Source of the DNA: an uncultured Gammaproteobacteria bacterium
Lineage (GTDB): Bacteria > Pseudomonadota > Gammaproteobacteria > GCA-001735895
DNA: 64,000 bases
Direction: 5' to 3'
Assembly: GCA_947259485.1 (NCBI GenBank)
Contig: CAMYLU010000001.1
Span: forward strand, 140,281-204,280
Shown: positions 21,543 to 31,340 of the stretch, piece by piece
Numbering within the stretch: the first letter of the stretch is position 1
Layout: each line of letters begins with the position of its first letter
The notes under the pieces: model-generated
The model's database searches: none
What the model was told of the DNA's origin: nothing
Seen by the model: only the letters and a program-made list of their open reading frames with translations
Position numbers and translations under genes: made by a program

Positions 21543-23294
21543 TTAACCCGGCCAACCCAGTTTATACGCAAGACCCGAATGGCGCCGGGTAAGATTTTCA
21601 ATGGCGCGGACAACAATGCTATTCGAAGCATGAAGAATAAACCGCTGTCGTGCCCGCGTGATCGCGGTATAAAGCAGCTCCCGTGACAGTACCCCCGAAT
21701 CCGGATCCGATGGAAGTATCAGCAATACCGAGTCAAATTCAGATCCCTGGGACTTATGCACGGTGCTGGCCCAGGCGGGAGTGAATTCGGGCAGGCGGCT
21801 TATCGCCAGATCACGAATATCACCATCGGAATCGCGAAAACAGGCACGCAGACCATCTTCGAATTGCCACAGGATTCCGGTATCGCCGTTAAACAGTCCC
21901 AATTCATGGTGGTTGCGCGTGATCATGATGGGAAGACCGCTATATAAATTTGCTGCGGGCAGATTGTTGCGCGCCAACAGCGCGGTTGAAATCCTGTGAT
22001 TCAGAGATTCGACGCCTGAAAAGCCCCGGTTGGTAGCGCATAACACTCTTGTAGTGTCGTAAATATCGAGTGCATCTGCCGGTGAACCGCTGTCAAACAC
22101 GGGCTGGTAAGTATCGTATATCCAGGCAAGCGTCTCGGCATGGATCTGATCCGATTCCTCTGCGTACCAAAGCAATCCCCTGTCTGTACTGCGCAGTAAA
22201 TCGGTCGCGGCGACACTCTGACCCTGGTTGACCAGGGAAGCGATCTCACTAATGGCGTTGTCTCGATTGAAGCGGTAGCTGTTACGCAGCAACGCGATCG
22301 AAGTAGCAATTGCCGTAGTGCCGATATCCAGCGCATGACCGTGACCGGTGATATCGCCGAGAATATTTCCCGCTGCCACCGATGCCAACTGATCACGGTC
22401 ACCGAGTAAAATCAGCTGGGCCTGGTGCGGCAGCGCTGCGAGCAGCTGATACATCAGTTTGAGATCAATCATCGAGGCTTCATCAATTACCACGCAGTCG
22501 ACCGGTAACCGATGCAGTTCGTTGTAATTAAAGCCATTGCGACGATATCCGAGCAATCGATGGATGGTCGTCGCTTCGCCCGGCATTTTAAATTTAGTGC
22601 TGTTGTCGAGTCCGACCTGATCGACAAGTTGACGAATCGAAACCGTCATGCGTGCAGCGGCTTTTCCGGTCGGTGCGGCCAGGGCAATTCGACATTCCGG
22701 ATTCAGTGCCAGCAATACCGCCAGGATCCGAACGATTGTCGATGTCTTGCCGCTGCCTGGACCTCCCGATATGACACTAAAGGGTTTACTCGCGGCGGCC
22801 AGGACCGCGTCTTTTTGATCCTGATCGATTGCGTCTGATGCCGGGACTAACCGATCGACCTGGGCGCTAATTTCCGACTGGTTGGTAATGGCTTCGCGTT
22901 CAAGTAACGCCTTGATTTTCGTGGCTACAAAATCTTCATAAAACCACAGGCGATTCAGGTACAGGCGATTTTCATCGAGTACCAGCGGGGCGTTTTCACT
23001 GGGCCCCCCGATGCAGGGACTTGTGCGGAGCCGGGCACACCAGTCGGCGCTTTCCAGACCCAATGGAATTTCTGCTGCCTCGATTCGGCTGGAGCTGAAA
23101 AGAGGGCGCTTACTGTAAGCGTCCAGTTCTATGCAAACGTTTCCCGCCAGGTTGGCTTCACTGACCAATGCAGCACTGAGACCCGGCAATTCATCGTTAG
23201 AGGTTTGCGCCTGTTTTGCAATAAATTCGGCAAAAAAGTAGCTCAACCAATGAATGTCGCCGTTACGAGCGAGGCTGTATAGCAGGTTTGTCAT
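21543..23294 (-). CDS. recD: Exodeoxyribonuclease V alpha subunit RecD
   Basis: 583 aa. Walker A ISGGPGSGKTST; C-terminal ASTVHKSQGSEFD; ATGA overlap with the recB stop. Confidence 0.93.
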   Translation of the reverse strand: MTNLLYSLARNGDIHWLSYFFAEFIAKQAQTSNDELPGLSAALVSEANLAGNVCIELDAYSKRPLFSSSRIEAAEIPLGLESADWCARLRTSPCIGGPSENAPLVLDENRLYLNRLWFYEDFVATKIKALLEREAITNQSEISAQVDRLVPASDAIDQDQKDAVLAAASKPFSVISGGPGSGKTSTIVRILAVLLALNPECRIALAAPTGKAAARMTVSIRQLVDQVGLDNSTKFKMPGEATTIHRLLGYRRNGFNYNELHRLPVDCVVIDEASMIDLKLMYQLLAALPHQAQLILLGDRDQLASVAAGNILGDITGHGHALDIGTTAIATSIALLRNSYRFNRDNAISEIASLVNQGQSVAATDLLRSTDRGLLWYAEESDQIHAETLAWIYDTYQPVFDSGSPADALDIYDTTRVLCATNRGFSGVESLNHRISTALLARNNLPAANLYSGLPIMITRNHHELGLFNGDTGILWQFEDGLRACFRDSDGDIRDLAISRLPEFTPAWASTVHKSQGSEFDSVLLILPSDPDSGVLSRELLYTAITRARQRFILHASNSIVVRAIENLTRRHSGLAYKLGWPG

Positions 23295-26200
23295 GTGTTT
23301 ACCGGCTCCAGCGGTGTAAAGCTCATTAGCTGGTCGAGTGCCACAATGGTCGGCTCTGTGGGTCGATCAAAATGAACGCCGTAGCGGATGCCGTGCTGTG
23401 GCCTCATCGCGCGTAAAAACAGGTAATAAGCGCCACCAAAGTGTTGCTCAAAGTTATAGTCGTGCAGACGCTGTTGCAGAAATCGATGCAGTGCGAGCGA
23501 GTAAAGCAGCGACTGAAGATCGTAGCGTCGGTCCAGCATCGCCAGTTGGAGTTTTTCGGGGTCGTAGTCTTCGAGACGGGTGCCGAGGAAGTTACTCTTA
23601 TAATCGGCGATGTAATAGCGACCCTGGTGTACAAATACAAGATCTATCACGCCGGTCATTAAACCATGAAACTCCGGGCTGCTTAGGGCTTTCAGTGGCG
23701 TGGGTGACAGGGATTGCATAAACTGATTCAGTGCCTCGATATCAAGATGATCGAGCGCAAAGTCGAATGACAGTTCGTTGAGCCTTTGCTTGTTAGCCAG
23801 GTCGCTTAATGTCATGCCTGCTTGGTCGAGGGGCGTCAGTCTAACCTGTTCCAGCCACATAACCAGTGCCTGTTCGTGTTCGGCGGCCAATCCGGAACGG
23901 GGCAGGTAGCGCGAAAATAGCTGCCTGCACTGTTGTCCGCTATCCTGCTGGAAATCGAGATTTTCGAGCAACGAATGAATCAGTAATCCGATGTGACTAC
24001 CGGCCGGGAAATCCAGTATAGGATCACCCTGGCTTGCCAGGGTTCCGGCATTACCGGGTTGATGTATGCCTCTTGTCAGTCCGGTAAAACTATTAATACG
24101 CCATTGGTTCAATTTTGTGCGAGAGAACCAGGCGAGTTTGGCGGGCGCTTGCTGCGCTACCTCGGGGCCAGGCACGGGCGGTTCGCTTTCAACCGGCAGG
24201 GGAAGCAGTTCAATGGTTTCATTACTCTTATCGACCAGGTTTTGTAGATCGCTGGCAAAGTTCATATCATCCGGAAAGCCGTCGGCAGCAGCGGACTCCA
24301 GGTCAACCGGTGATTGCCTGGAATGGAGTAAATACGCGAGCGCGGTCTGGTTTGCATAGCCCGGTTTGCCGGGGTCACCGGCCAGGCCCCAGGCAAGGTA
24401 AACCTTGGAACGCGCACGCGTAAGCGCGACATAGAGTAAGCGCATATCTTCTGCCAGGCGCTCTTTCTCCGCTATCAACCAGTTGGCGCCTAGTTCGGCA
24501 GAACCCAGGTCGATGCACGGTGCCAGTTCGAAATCATGAAAATAGACAGCCTTGGACCGGTCTACCTGTTTACAGGACCAAAGGAATGGCACAAACACGA
24601 TCGGATACTGCAAACCCTTGGATTTATGAATCGTTACTATTTTGACCAACGCCTCATCGTTCTCCAGGCGCAGCTCGGCATCCTCGCTGTTGTTTTCCTC
24701 AAACTGGTCATGAAACCAGCTGATCATGGGTGTCATGCCGGCGGTGATCGTGGATTGCTGTTGCAGCAGCTCGGCCAGGTGCAGCAGATTGGTAATGCGC
24801 CTTTCCGGGTTATCTTTTTGTGCCAGCGACCGGGTAATTTCGAACTTATGCAGCAGCGACTGGAACATGGCTATAAATCCCTGCCGGTCCCAGAGTTGTT
24901 GCAATTCGCCGAGCTCCTCTAACCAGCTTTGCCACGCTGAATCACTGTCGACAATCGCAGCGATCTGCCGGTAATCGAGATTGAGAAGACTGGAGGTTAA
25001 TGACCGCCTGGCGAGGTCCTGGTCCTGATACTGGGATATTGCCAACAGCAGGTCATAAAGGCCGCTGGCCTCGTCGCTTTGATATACCGAATCCCTGCCG
25101 ATGGTAACGCTGCGGATACCACGCCGATTCAGAATCCGGCTGAGTGCCTGCCCCTCGGAAGCCTGTCGCACCAGGACCGCGATATCCCCGCTTTGTACGG
25201 GGCGACCATCGATGGTCGCGGATTGCCGGCCTGCTGCATCGAGTAAGCTGCTGATTTCGGACGCGACCGCCTGATTGATCAGATCCCGCATTGCCTGGCG
25301 TGAATAATTCCCTTGATTTTCATATCTGGGAAGCTGCCACAATGTCATTGCGCTAACGCCCTTAGCCTCGAGGCGAAGCTCGTGAATTGCATTTTGCGTA
25401 ATCGATTCAACCCGGGAAAACAGGATCGAGTCCTGGTAAATGAAGGCGTCGGGACGATGTGAAAAAAAGGTATTAATTGCATGCACCAGGTCTGGCTGGG
25501 AGCGCCAGTTTGTTTGCAGGCTGAACAAATCAACCTGCGGTAATTGCCTGGCTTGCATATAGGTAAAAATATCGCCGCCACGGAAACTGTAGATCGCCTG
25601 CTTGGGATCACCGATGAGGGTCAGGCTGGTGTTATCAGCAGACAGGTAAATATGACTGAAAATTTTGTACTGGATGGAATCGGTATCCTGAAATTCGTCG
25701 ATCAGCGCTACCGGGTACTGTTGCCGAAGGCTCTCCGCGAGCGTTTTCCCGGTGCTCGATTCAAGCGCATCGAGCAGCAGCGTAAGCTGGTCCTGATAGG
25801 CGAGCGCGGTTAATTCACGTTTGGCCTCGATCACCTGCAAAGCAGCAGTATGATAAGCATCGGCGCGCAATTGCGGGCTAATTTCACTGGTAAACTCAAG
25901 CCAGGCATTCGCGACAGGGCCTACCTGCTTGAAAAATTCATGCTCCAGCCCCGGGTCCTGTCCTCGTTTGCTGGGTTTCGAGTTCTGCTGTAATAACTCT
26001 GTCCCCAGATACTGAAAATTCCGGAACGGGCTGGCTGGCTCCGGGGCGTTGAAAAAATTGTCGGCAGTTTCCAGCAACTGCGGCAGATTTAGAGGGTGAT
26101 AGGGTAGTTTTACGGCTCTGCTGAGTACTGTCGAGTTTGAAATTATTTCGATGATATCTGCCCGGTACTTTAACCAAAGCGGGGCCAGCCGATGTAGTGA

Positions 26201-26899
26201 GCCGGCAATCTTTCGTGGTTGCTCCATCATTTCAGCCAGGCTGGCCCGGGCTTCCGGTATGACGCGTGCAGACGGTTTATTTCGCAGCTCGAGCAGGGTC
26301 GCGATCAGACCATCAAGATCCGGTATATTGTCGTGAATCAATTGCCAGCCATCACTGTCAAGTTCGTATGTCCGCTTTCGCCACCAGTCTTTAATAGCGG
26401 ATTCCCAGATCGGGCCGTCATCGGTTAGCATGTCGCTGTCAAAAAGCTGGTTACCGGATAATGCGTGTTGCTGCAGGCTGCGCTGGCAAAAGCTGTGAAT
26501 CGTCGAGATTGAGGCTTCGTCCATGCTGCGTATTGCCAGCTGCAGGCGGTTGATCCAGGCCTTGCGCGAATCCTCATCGAGGTCTTGTGACTGTTTCAGT
26601 AACAGCATCAGCAAATCGTCTGCGCAGGCAGCGGAGTGCTGGAGCAAGTCCAACGCCTCGTAGAGCCGTCTGCGAATTCGACCACGCAATTCCTCGGTTG
26701 CAGCGTTGGTGTAGGTAACAATCAGAATCTGTGACGGTTGTCGACCGTCGAGGATATGTCTCAGGTACAGGTCGGCGATGGTGTGTGTTTTACCGGTACC
26801 GGCGCTGGCCTCGATGAGTTTAAATCCTTCAAGATCGAGCCCTAGTACCGCCCCGGCGTCGAGAATAGTTGAAGTCGAGGCTTCAGGCACTTTTTTCAC
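23291..26899 (-). CDS. recB: Exodeoxyribonuclease V beta subunit RecB
   Basis: UvrD-like Walker A EASAGTGKTHTI; C-terminal nuclease motif VIDLVF...YYIADYKSN. The track ORF extends to 27058 inside recC. I prefer the GTG at 26899 (VKKVPEAST...), which overlaps the recC stop by 17 nt. The exact start is uncertain. Confidence 0.9.
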   Translation of the reverse strand: MKKVPEASTSTILDAGAVLGLDLEGFKLIEASAGTGKTHTIADLYLRHILDGRQPSQILIVTYTNAATEELRGRIRRRLYEALDLLQHSAACADDLLMLLLKQSQDLDEDSRKAWINRLQLAIRSMDEASISTIHSFCQRSLQQHALSGNQLFDSDMLTDDGPIWESAIKDWWRKRTYELDSDGWQLIHDNIPDLDGLIATLLELRNKPSARVIPEARASLAEMMEQPRKIAGSLHRLAPLWLKYRADIIEIISNSTVLSRAVKLPYHPLNLPQLLETADNFFNAPEPASPFRNFQYLGTELLQQNSKPSKRGQDPGLEHEFFKQVGPVANAWLEFTSEISPQLRADAYHTAALQVIEAKRELTALAYQDQLTLLLDALESSTGKTLAESLRQQYPVALIDEFQDTDSIQYKIFSHIYLSADNTSLTLIGDPKQAIYSFRGGDIFTYMQARQLPQVDLFSLQTNWRSQPDLVHAINTFFSHRPDAFIYQDSILFSRVESITQNAIHELRLEAKGVSAMTLWQLPRYENQGNYSRQAMRDLINQAVASEISSLLDAAGRQSATIDGRPVQSGDIAVLVRQASEGQALSRILNRRGIRSVTIGRDSVYQSDEASGLYDLLLAISQYQDQDLARRSLTSSLLNLDYRQIAAIVDSDSAWQSWLEELGELQQLWDRQGFIAMFQSLLHKFEITRSLAQKDNPERRITNLLHLAELLQQQSTITAGMTPMISWFHDQFEENNSEDAELRLENDEALVKIVTIHKSKGLQYPIVFVPFLWSCKQVDRSKAVYFHDFELAPCIDLGSAELGANWLIAEKERLAEDMRLLYVALTRARSKVYLAWGLAGDPGKPGYANQTALAYLLHSRQSPVDLESAAADGFPDDMNFASDLQNLVDKSNETIELLPLPVESEPPVPGPEVAQQAPAKLAWFSRTKLNQWRINSFTGLTRGIHQPGNAGTLASQGDPILDFPAGSHIGLLIHSLLENLDFQQDSGQQCRQLFSRYLPRSGLAAEHEQALVMWLEQVRLTPLDQAGMTLSDLANKQRLNELSFDFALDHLDIEALNQFMQSLSPTPLKALSSPEFHGLMTGVIDLVFVHQGRYYIADYKSNFLGTRLEDYDPEKLQLAMLDRRYDLQSLLYSLALHRFLQQRLHDYNFEQHFGGAYYLFLRAMRPQHGIRYGVHFDRPTEPTIVALDQLMSFTPLEPVNT

Positions 26900-29800
26900 C
26901 GTGCTGGATTGCTGGCAGATAGATTTGCCGTGCACAATCCTGGAACAATGAATCTTCGAGCGGCCTGGTCGTATTCTGCTGCAACGCCAGCCGTATGAAT
27001 TCGTCTTCGCATTCACCCGGGGGCGCATTCCGGTATTGGCCCCCGTTCCAGCAAGCAAGCGCTTTGCTCATCGCAGCCTCAGGATCAGCCTGCGATGCAT
27101 AGGCGTAGCTGGTGTCCGGAAACACCGGTAGAGGATACTCGAGGCCTTGTTGAAACAGCGCGATATAGCTAGCCAGAATCTGTTTGGCTATACCTGCTTC
27201 GAGATATTCAAAACGAAGACCCTTTGTGTTCGGGATTAGCAATTGACTGCTCTCGTGCCGGGCTATCTGGTCGGTCGCAGATAAAGCCAGGTGATCAAGC
27301 CAAAGCGACATTAGTGCTCTGCTCTTGACGGCTTTACTCGCGCTGAAGTGCATCAATCCAGTGTCGGGATAACAGGCGTTTACTTCTCCATACAGCAGTG
27401 GCAGTTCGTCAATTCGACACTCGACTGGCCTGGTAATGGGTTGCTTACCGCGAAAGTCCTCCAGTTGCTCGAGTAAAACACGGTATTCTGACTGAATTGC
27501 AAGCCATTCGGTTTGCGCGGCCCTGCCGTGCGGCAGCAGACCCAGCGCGGAAAACGTCGCATTGTCATTTTGACGACCGTTTAACTGGTTATCCGCAAGA
27601 CGTACTGCAAGATCCCACTTCTGTAGTCCCTGCAGGGTAAAACTTTCTTCGTCGTCGGAATCCGTTTCGGCAGGAATCCTGATACCCAGCCTCGAGCTGA
27701 AGAAGTATCGAATGGGATGGCTGAAGAATCGCTTCAACATCTGGAGATCGATGCCACTATCCAGGTTTAAGGTAGAGGCAAGTGATTCCTTCTGCCAGGC
27801 CCGGGTTCGATCAGGGGGTTTGCTTGCAGCAAGATATTGCGACGTGTCAAACCAGTATTGGTCGTAACCGGGATTGCCCGGTGTAAAATTTCTTGCAGAA
27901 AAAGCCTGCATCGGATGAATCCGTGAAATCTGCTCACTGACTGTTCGACCGCTGTCATCGGTTGCGAAGTTGATATCGAGGTAATCGAGCAGTTCGCGCA
28001 GCAACACCGAAGGCTGACATTCACTATTATCCTTGAAACTGCGCCCACAATAACTGAAATAAAGGTAACGCCGTGCGCACAACAGGGTTTCGAGCATCAG
28101 GTAGCGGTCTTCATCGGATCGAAGCGGGTCACCCGGGCGCCATTGGTGATGCATCAGGTCAAACTCGGCGGGATGGTCCCTGCGCGGGAAGGCGTTGTCC
28201 TGCATACCGAGCACACAGATAACCGGAAACGGGATGTTGCGCATGGGTTGCATACCACAAAAAGTGATCCCGCCTGAATAGAGGCGGCCCGGTTGTTGAT
28301 TTGTTGCCAGTTGTTTTTCCATCCAGTAACAAACCAGGGCAGGGCTCAATTCAACCGATTCTGATTGACCGATTTCACTGATCGCGTTACGCAACGGTAG
28401 CAGCAAGTCATCAGCCACAATTCGCGGCGAAAAGAACTCTTCGATCAATTGATGCAAACGCTGCTGCCATTCTCCGGCGCACGCAACAGTTCCAAGTTTT
28501 TCATGCCAGTATGTCAGGCGCTCGAAAAGGTACCTGAACTGGGATATGGCAACGCCACCATCGGTGCCTATCTCGGTAATCGGTGCAATACCATGCCAAA
28601 GGGTATCTTCGAGCATCGCGTAGCCGGCAAAAAACCGGTCCCAGGCCTGTTGCCAGGTATTTTCGTGAATTGCGGGCAGGCCGAGGGCTCGTCGCTGATC
28701 TGCGTCGATACCCCAGTGTACCCGGCTGGAATCAAGCAGTTGATATATAAGTTCCAGCATTTGCTGATCGATACCGAATCGATTTCGAATTTCGCCACAC
28801 TCGAGAAAGGCCAGCACATCGGAGCGGGTGAACCTGCTGCCGGGTAGTTTCAATAATTGCAGAAAAATACTCACCAGTGGATGGGCGTCGCTAACACTGA
28901 TATCGGAAATATTCCAGGCCAGGTCGGGGCGCTTGTCACCGGTATCCTGTTGAAAAACTGCTTCGATGTATGGTGCGTAGCGACTTATTTCGGGGACCAT
29001 AACCAGGATGTCTTCGCTCGACAGTTCAGGATGCCGATCAAGCAGCATCAGCAGGTGATCATGTAGCACCTGGCATTCCCGCATCGGGCTATGACATATT
29101 TGAACCGAGATGGAATCATCGATCGTTATTCCGGGTTCCGGTTTTTCAAGATTAAACAGGCTCGCCTGCAGGCATTGCAGGGTGCTGTCATTGCCAGGAG
29201 GTTGATTATCTTCAATTTCATTGCCGCTAACCGATCCCATTTCAAGCAATAAATCCTGCATCACCTGCCCCTGTCGGCCCCAGGAAGCCAGCAAGCTGTT
29301 ACTGGAATCAAGATACTCTGCGTCGGCAGGATTTTGCAGGCGCATTTTCGCCTTTGCTTTTTCACTGACCAGGTCGGCCCAGTACTCGTCCGTGGGATTA
29401 TGCTGATAGAGAATTATTTCGGTTCTGCGCGCGACAGCGTTAATAAATTCGATGACAGGGGGTGCGAGACTGGACAGCGCAAACAGGCTGATACGTTCGG
29501 GAAGATTGATTTCGACGGGGCTGTTGTCGAGGCGGTCGATGATGCCTCCCATAATATCAACCCGATGAGGCTGCTTCCTGGCAGCAACAATTTTCCGCCA
29601 CAGCCGGGCCTGCCACTGGTTGTCGTTGCCATGCGACCAGTCGCGAATCAACTCCGGTCTATATACCTGGTAGTGGTCGAAGCTGATCGCGATTCGTTGC
29701 GCCAGTTGCCAGCGCTTGATACCGCTCTGGTCGTCATCGAGATACCAGCGCAATGATGCAAACCTATCCTGACTCAGCAGCCCGGGCAAGGCTGCAAAAA

Positions 29801-30086
29801 TCTGCCAACCGAGCAAGTCCCTGGAATAGGGGTCTTGATGAGGCAGTTCCTGCAGTATCCGGCCGGCTAGTTCCCATATCCACTCTCCCACCTGGGGATA
29901 TTGGATGTTTGCCGCGATTCCCTGTTGTTGCGCGATACGCAGATTCAGCCAACGCGACATCGCGTAGGTCGGGACCACGATTACCTCGTGCGCGAACGGG
30001 TCTGTCAATGGCTCGACGGCAAGATGCTGCGTTAACCGCGATTGTAGCGTTTCGATTCGATTGGAGCTCAGGATGCTTAAAGCCAT
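26883..30086 (-). CDS. recC: Exodeoxyribonuclease V gamma subunit RecC
   Basis: 1067 aa. N-terminus MALSILSSNRIETLQSRL; recC-recB-recD order. Confidence 0.92.
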   Translation of the reverse strand: MALSILSSNRIETLQSRLTQHLAVEPLTDPFAHEVIVVPTYAMSRWLNLRIAQQQGIAANIQYPQVGEWIWELAGRILQELPHQDPYSRDLLGWQIFAALPGLLSQDRFASLRWYLDDDQSGIKRWQLAQRIAISFDHYQVYRPELIRDWSHGNDNQWQARLWRKIVAARKQPHRVDIMGGIIDRLDNSPVEINLPERISLFALSSLAPPVIEFINAVARRTEIILYQHNPTDEYWADLVSEKAKAKMRLQNPADAEYLDSSNSLLASWGRQGQVMQDLLLEMGSVSGNEIEDNQPPGNDSTLQCLQASLFNLEKPEPGITIDDSISVQICHSPMRECQVLHDHLLMLLDRHPELSSEDILVMVPEISRYAPYIEAVFQQDTGDKRPDLAWNISDISVSDAHPLVSIFLQLLKLPGSRFTRSDVLAFLECGEIRNRFGIDQQMLELIYQLLDSSRVHWGIDADQRRALGLPAIHENTWQQAWDRFFAGYAMLEDTLWHGIAPITEIGTDGGVAISQFRYLFERLTYWHEKLGTVACAGEWQQRLHQLIEEFFSPRIVADDLLLPLRNAISEIGQSESVELSPALVCYWMEKQLATNQQPGRLYSGGITFCGMQPMRNIPFPVICVLGMQDNAFPRRDHPAEFDLMHHQWRPGDPLRSDEDRYLMLETLLCARRYLYFSYCGRSFKDNSECQPSVLLRELLDYLDINFATDDSGRTVSEQISRIHPMQAFSARNFTPGNPGYDQYWFDTSQYLAASKPPDRTRAWQKESLASTLNLDSGIDLQMLKRFFSHPIRYFFSSRLGIRIPAETDSDDEESFTLQGLQKWDLAVRLADNQLNGRQNDNATFSALGLLPHGRAAQTEWLAIQSEYRVLLEQLEDFRGKQPITRPVECRIDELPLLYGEVNACYPDTGLMHFSASKAVKSRALMSLWLDHLALSATDQIARHESSQLLIPNTKGLRFEYLEAGIAKQILASYIALFQQGLEYPLPVFPDTSYAYASQADPEAAMSKALACWNGGQYRNAPPGECEDEFIRLALQQNTTRPLEDSLFQDCARQIYLPAIQHGEKSA

Positions 30087-30277
30087 TACAGCAGGACACT
30101 CTTGTGAAACTCGGGGATTATAAAAGTGTGACGGCTCACAGGATGAGCCATCGCGCCGACCCGCCGCCTTCCAGTATTCGAAATTTTAATTGATTACCCC
30201 AACAGATTTCATAACATTGTAGCCAGATTGATTTATGATTGTTCGATTCCTAATGACAGTAGCAACTCGCGGACCCC

Positions 30278-31198
30278 ATGGAAACCGCTTCTGAAAGTAA
30301 TCTTCCCCCGAAAAATGGGGATCAACGCGTTATCGATGGTCTGGAGCGCGTATTCTTCGATGGTTACTGGATTCGATACTACGCTCCGCTGCGAGATACG
30401 CTGGCCAATCGCAAGCGCCTGATCGACAGCCTTACCCGGCGGGCGTTTCACCATACCGAGGCTGGTATCAATACTCCGGGCAGGAGTCTTGAGCTTGCCC
30501 GCGAAGCTTACGCAGATGAAACCGATCCGGAACGAAAGCGCGTCAACGCGGCGATGCTGGCGGGTGCGCTTTTCAATCGCGCCACGGATTTGTTTACCAC
30601 GATCGTGGACCTGGGCGAACTCGGCGTGCAGGTCAGCGAGAACAATGAATTAATGCGCCAGTGCAGCGATTGCTTTGAGGAGGCACTGTCGCTGGGTCAA
30701 CAGGTCAGGCATCATAGTGGCTGCGAGGGAATCGACGAGGTCTGGGGTGAACCGTTCAAAGCCTTCACCATGCCTATCGATGACTTTTACGAATCAAGGT
30801 TCATAAAAATTGCGCAAGGCATGCGCGAGATCGACCAGGTTGCAAATTGCATGATAGAGGTGTTCTGCAGCCAGTCACTGTTTGTCGGGCTGGAGAGTTT
30901 GATCGTGAATTATGCCACGGCCGCACGACAGGCCACCGAAACCATGAAGAAGGATCCGATTATTTTTCAGGTGTGGCCGGACTTCGTCTCGCTCGGTGAA
31001 AGGCTCGATGCATTCAGGCCCAGTTTGCCCGACGTGGCTGATCAAATGCTGCGTATGCGGATAGCCTACGGTCGAGATCTGATTCAGGAGGGCAGGTTGC
31101 TGATCAGCTATATTGCCAGTGCCCGGGTGCCGATGACGAAAAGTGCGGCTGCTTATATTGAAGAATGTCAACGCTATGGCAAGACACCGTTGATTTAA
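30278..31198 (+). CDS. Hypothetical protein, family not recognised, predicted mostly helical
   Basis: 306-aa ORF diverging from recC. I see no TM segment, signal peptide or recognisable motif. Codon usage resembles its neighbours. Confidence 0.55.
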   Translation: METASESNLPPKNGDQRVIDGLERVFFDGYWIRYYAPLRDTLANRKRLIDSLTRRAFHHTEAGINTPGRSLELAREAYADETDPERKRVNAAMLAGALFNRATDLFTTIVDLGELGVQVSENNELMRQCSDCFEEALSLGQQVRHHSGCEGIDEVWGEPFKAFTMPIDDFYESRFIKIAQGMREIDQVANCMIEVFCSQSLFVGLESLIVNYATAARQATETMKKDPIIFQVWPDFVSLGERLDAFRPSLPDVADQMLRMRIAYGRDLIQEGRLLISYIASARVPMTKSAAAYIEECQRYGKTPLI

Positions 31199-31340
31199 GC
31201 GATTAATCTTTGCCACCTAAAGCAGCCTGCAATCAGAACATCATTACACTTTGGCCAACCCTGTTACTGGCAAAGCGCTTTGCGCATTAGCAAAAGATAA
31301 ATCCCGCCCTGCTGACGCAATTAACCGGGTCAGTCGAACC

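Noticed and set aside
26900-27058. 53-codon N-terminal extension of recB in the ORF track
   Set aside because: It lies wholly inside the recC coding region and is Arg/Cys-rich. The UvrD-like fold begins shortly after the GTG at 26899, which gives the usual short recC/recB overlap.
31271-31284. 14-bp palindrome GCAAAGCGCTTTGC between the 306-aa gene and mmsA as a bidirectional terminator
   Set aside because: The stem is short, has essentially no loop and has no flanking T or A runs. That is too weak to call.
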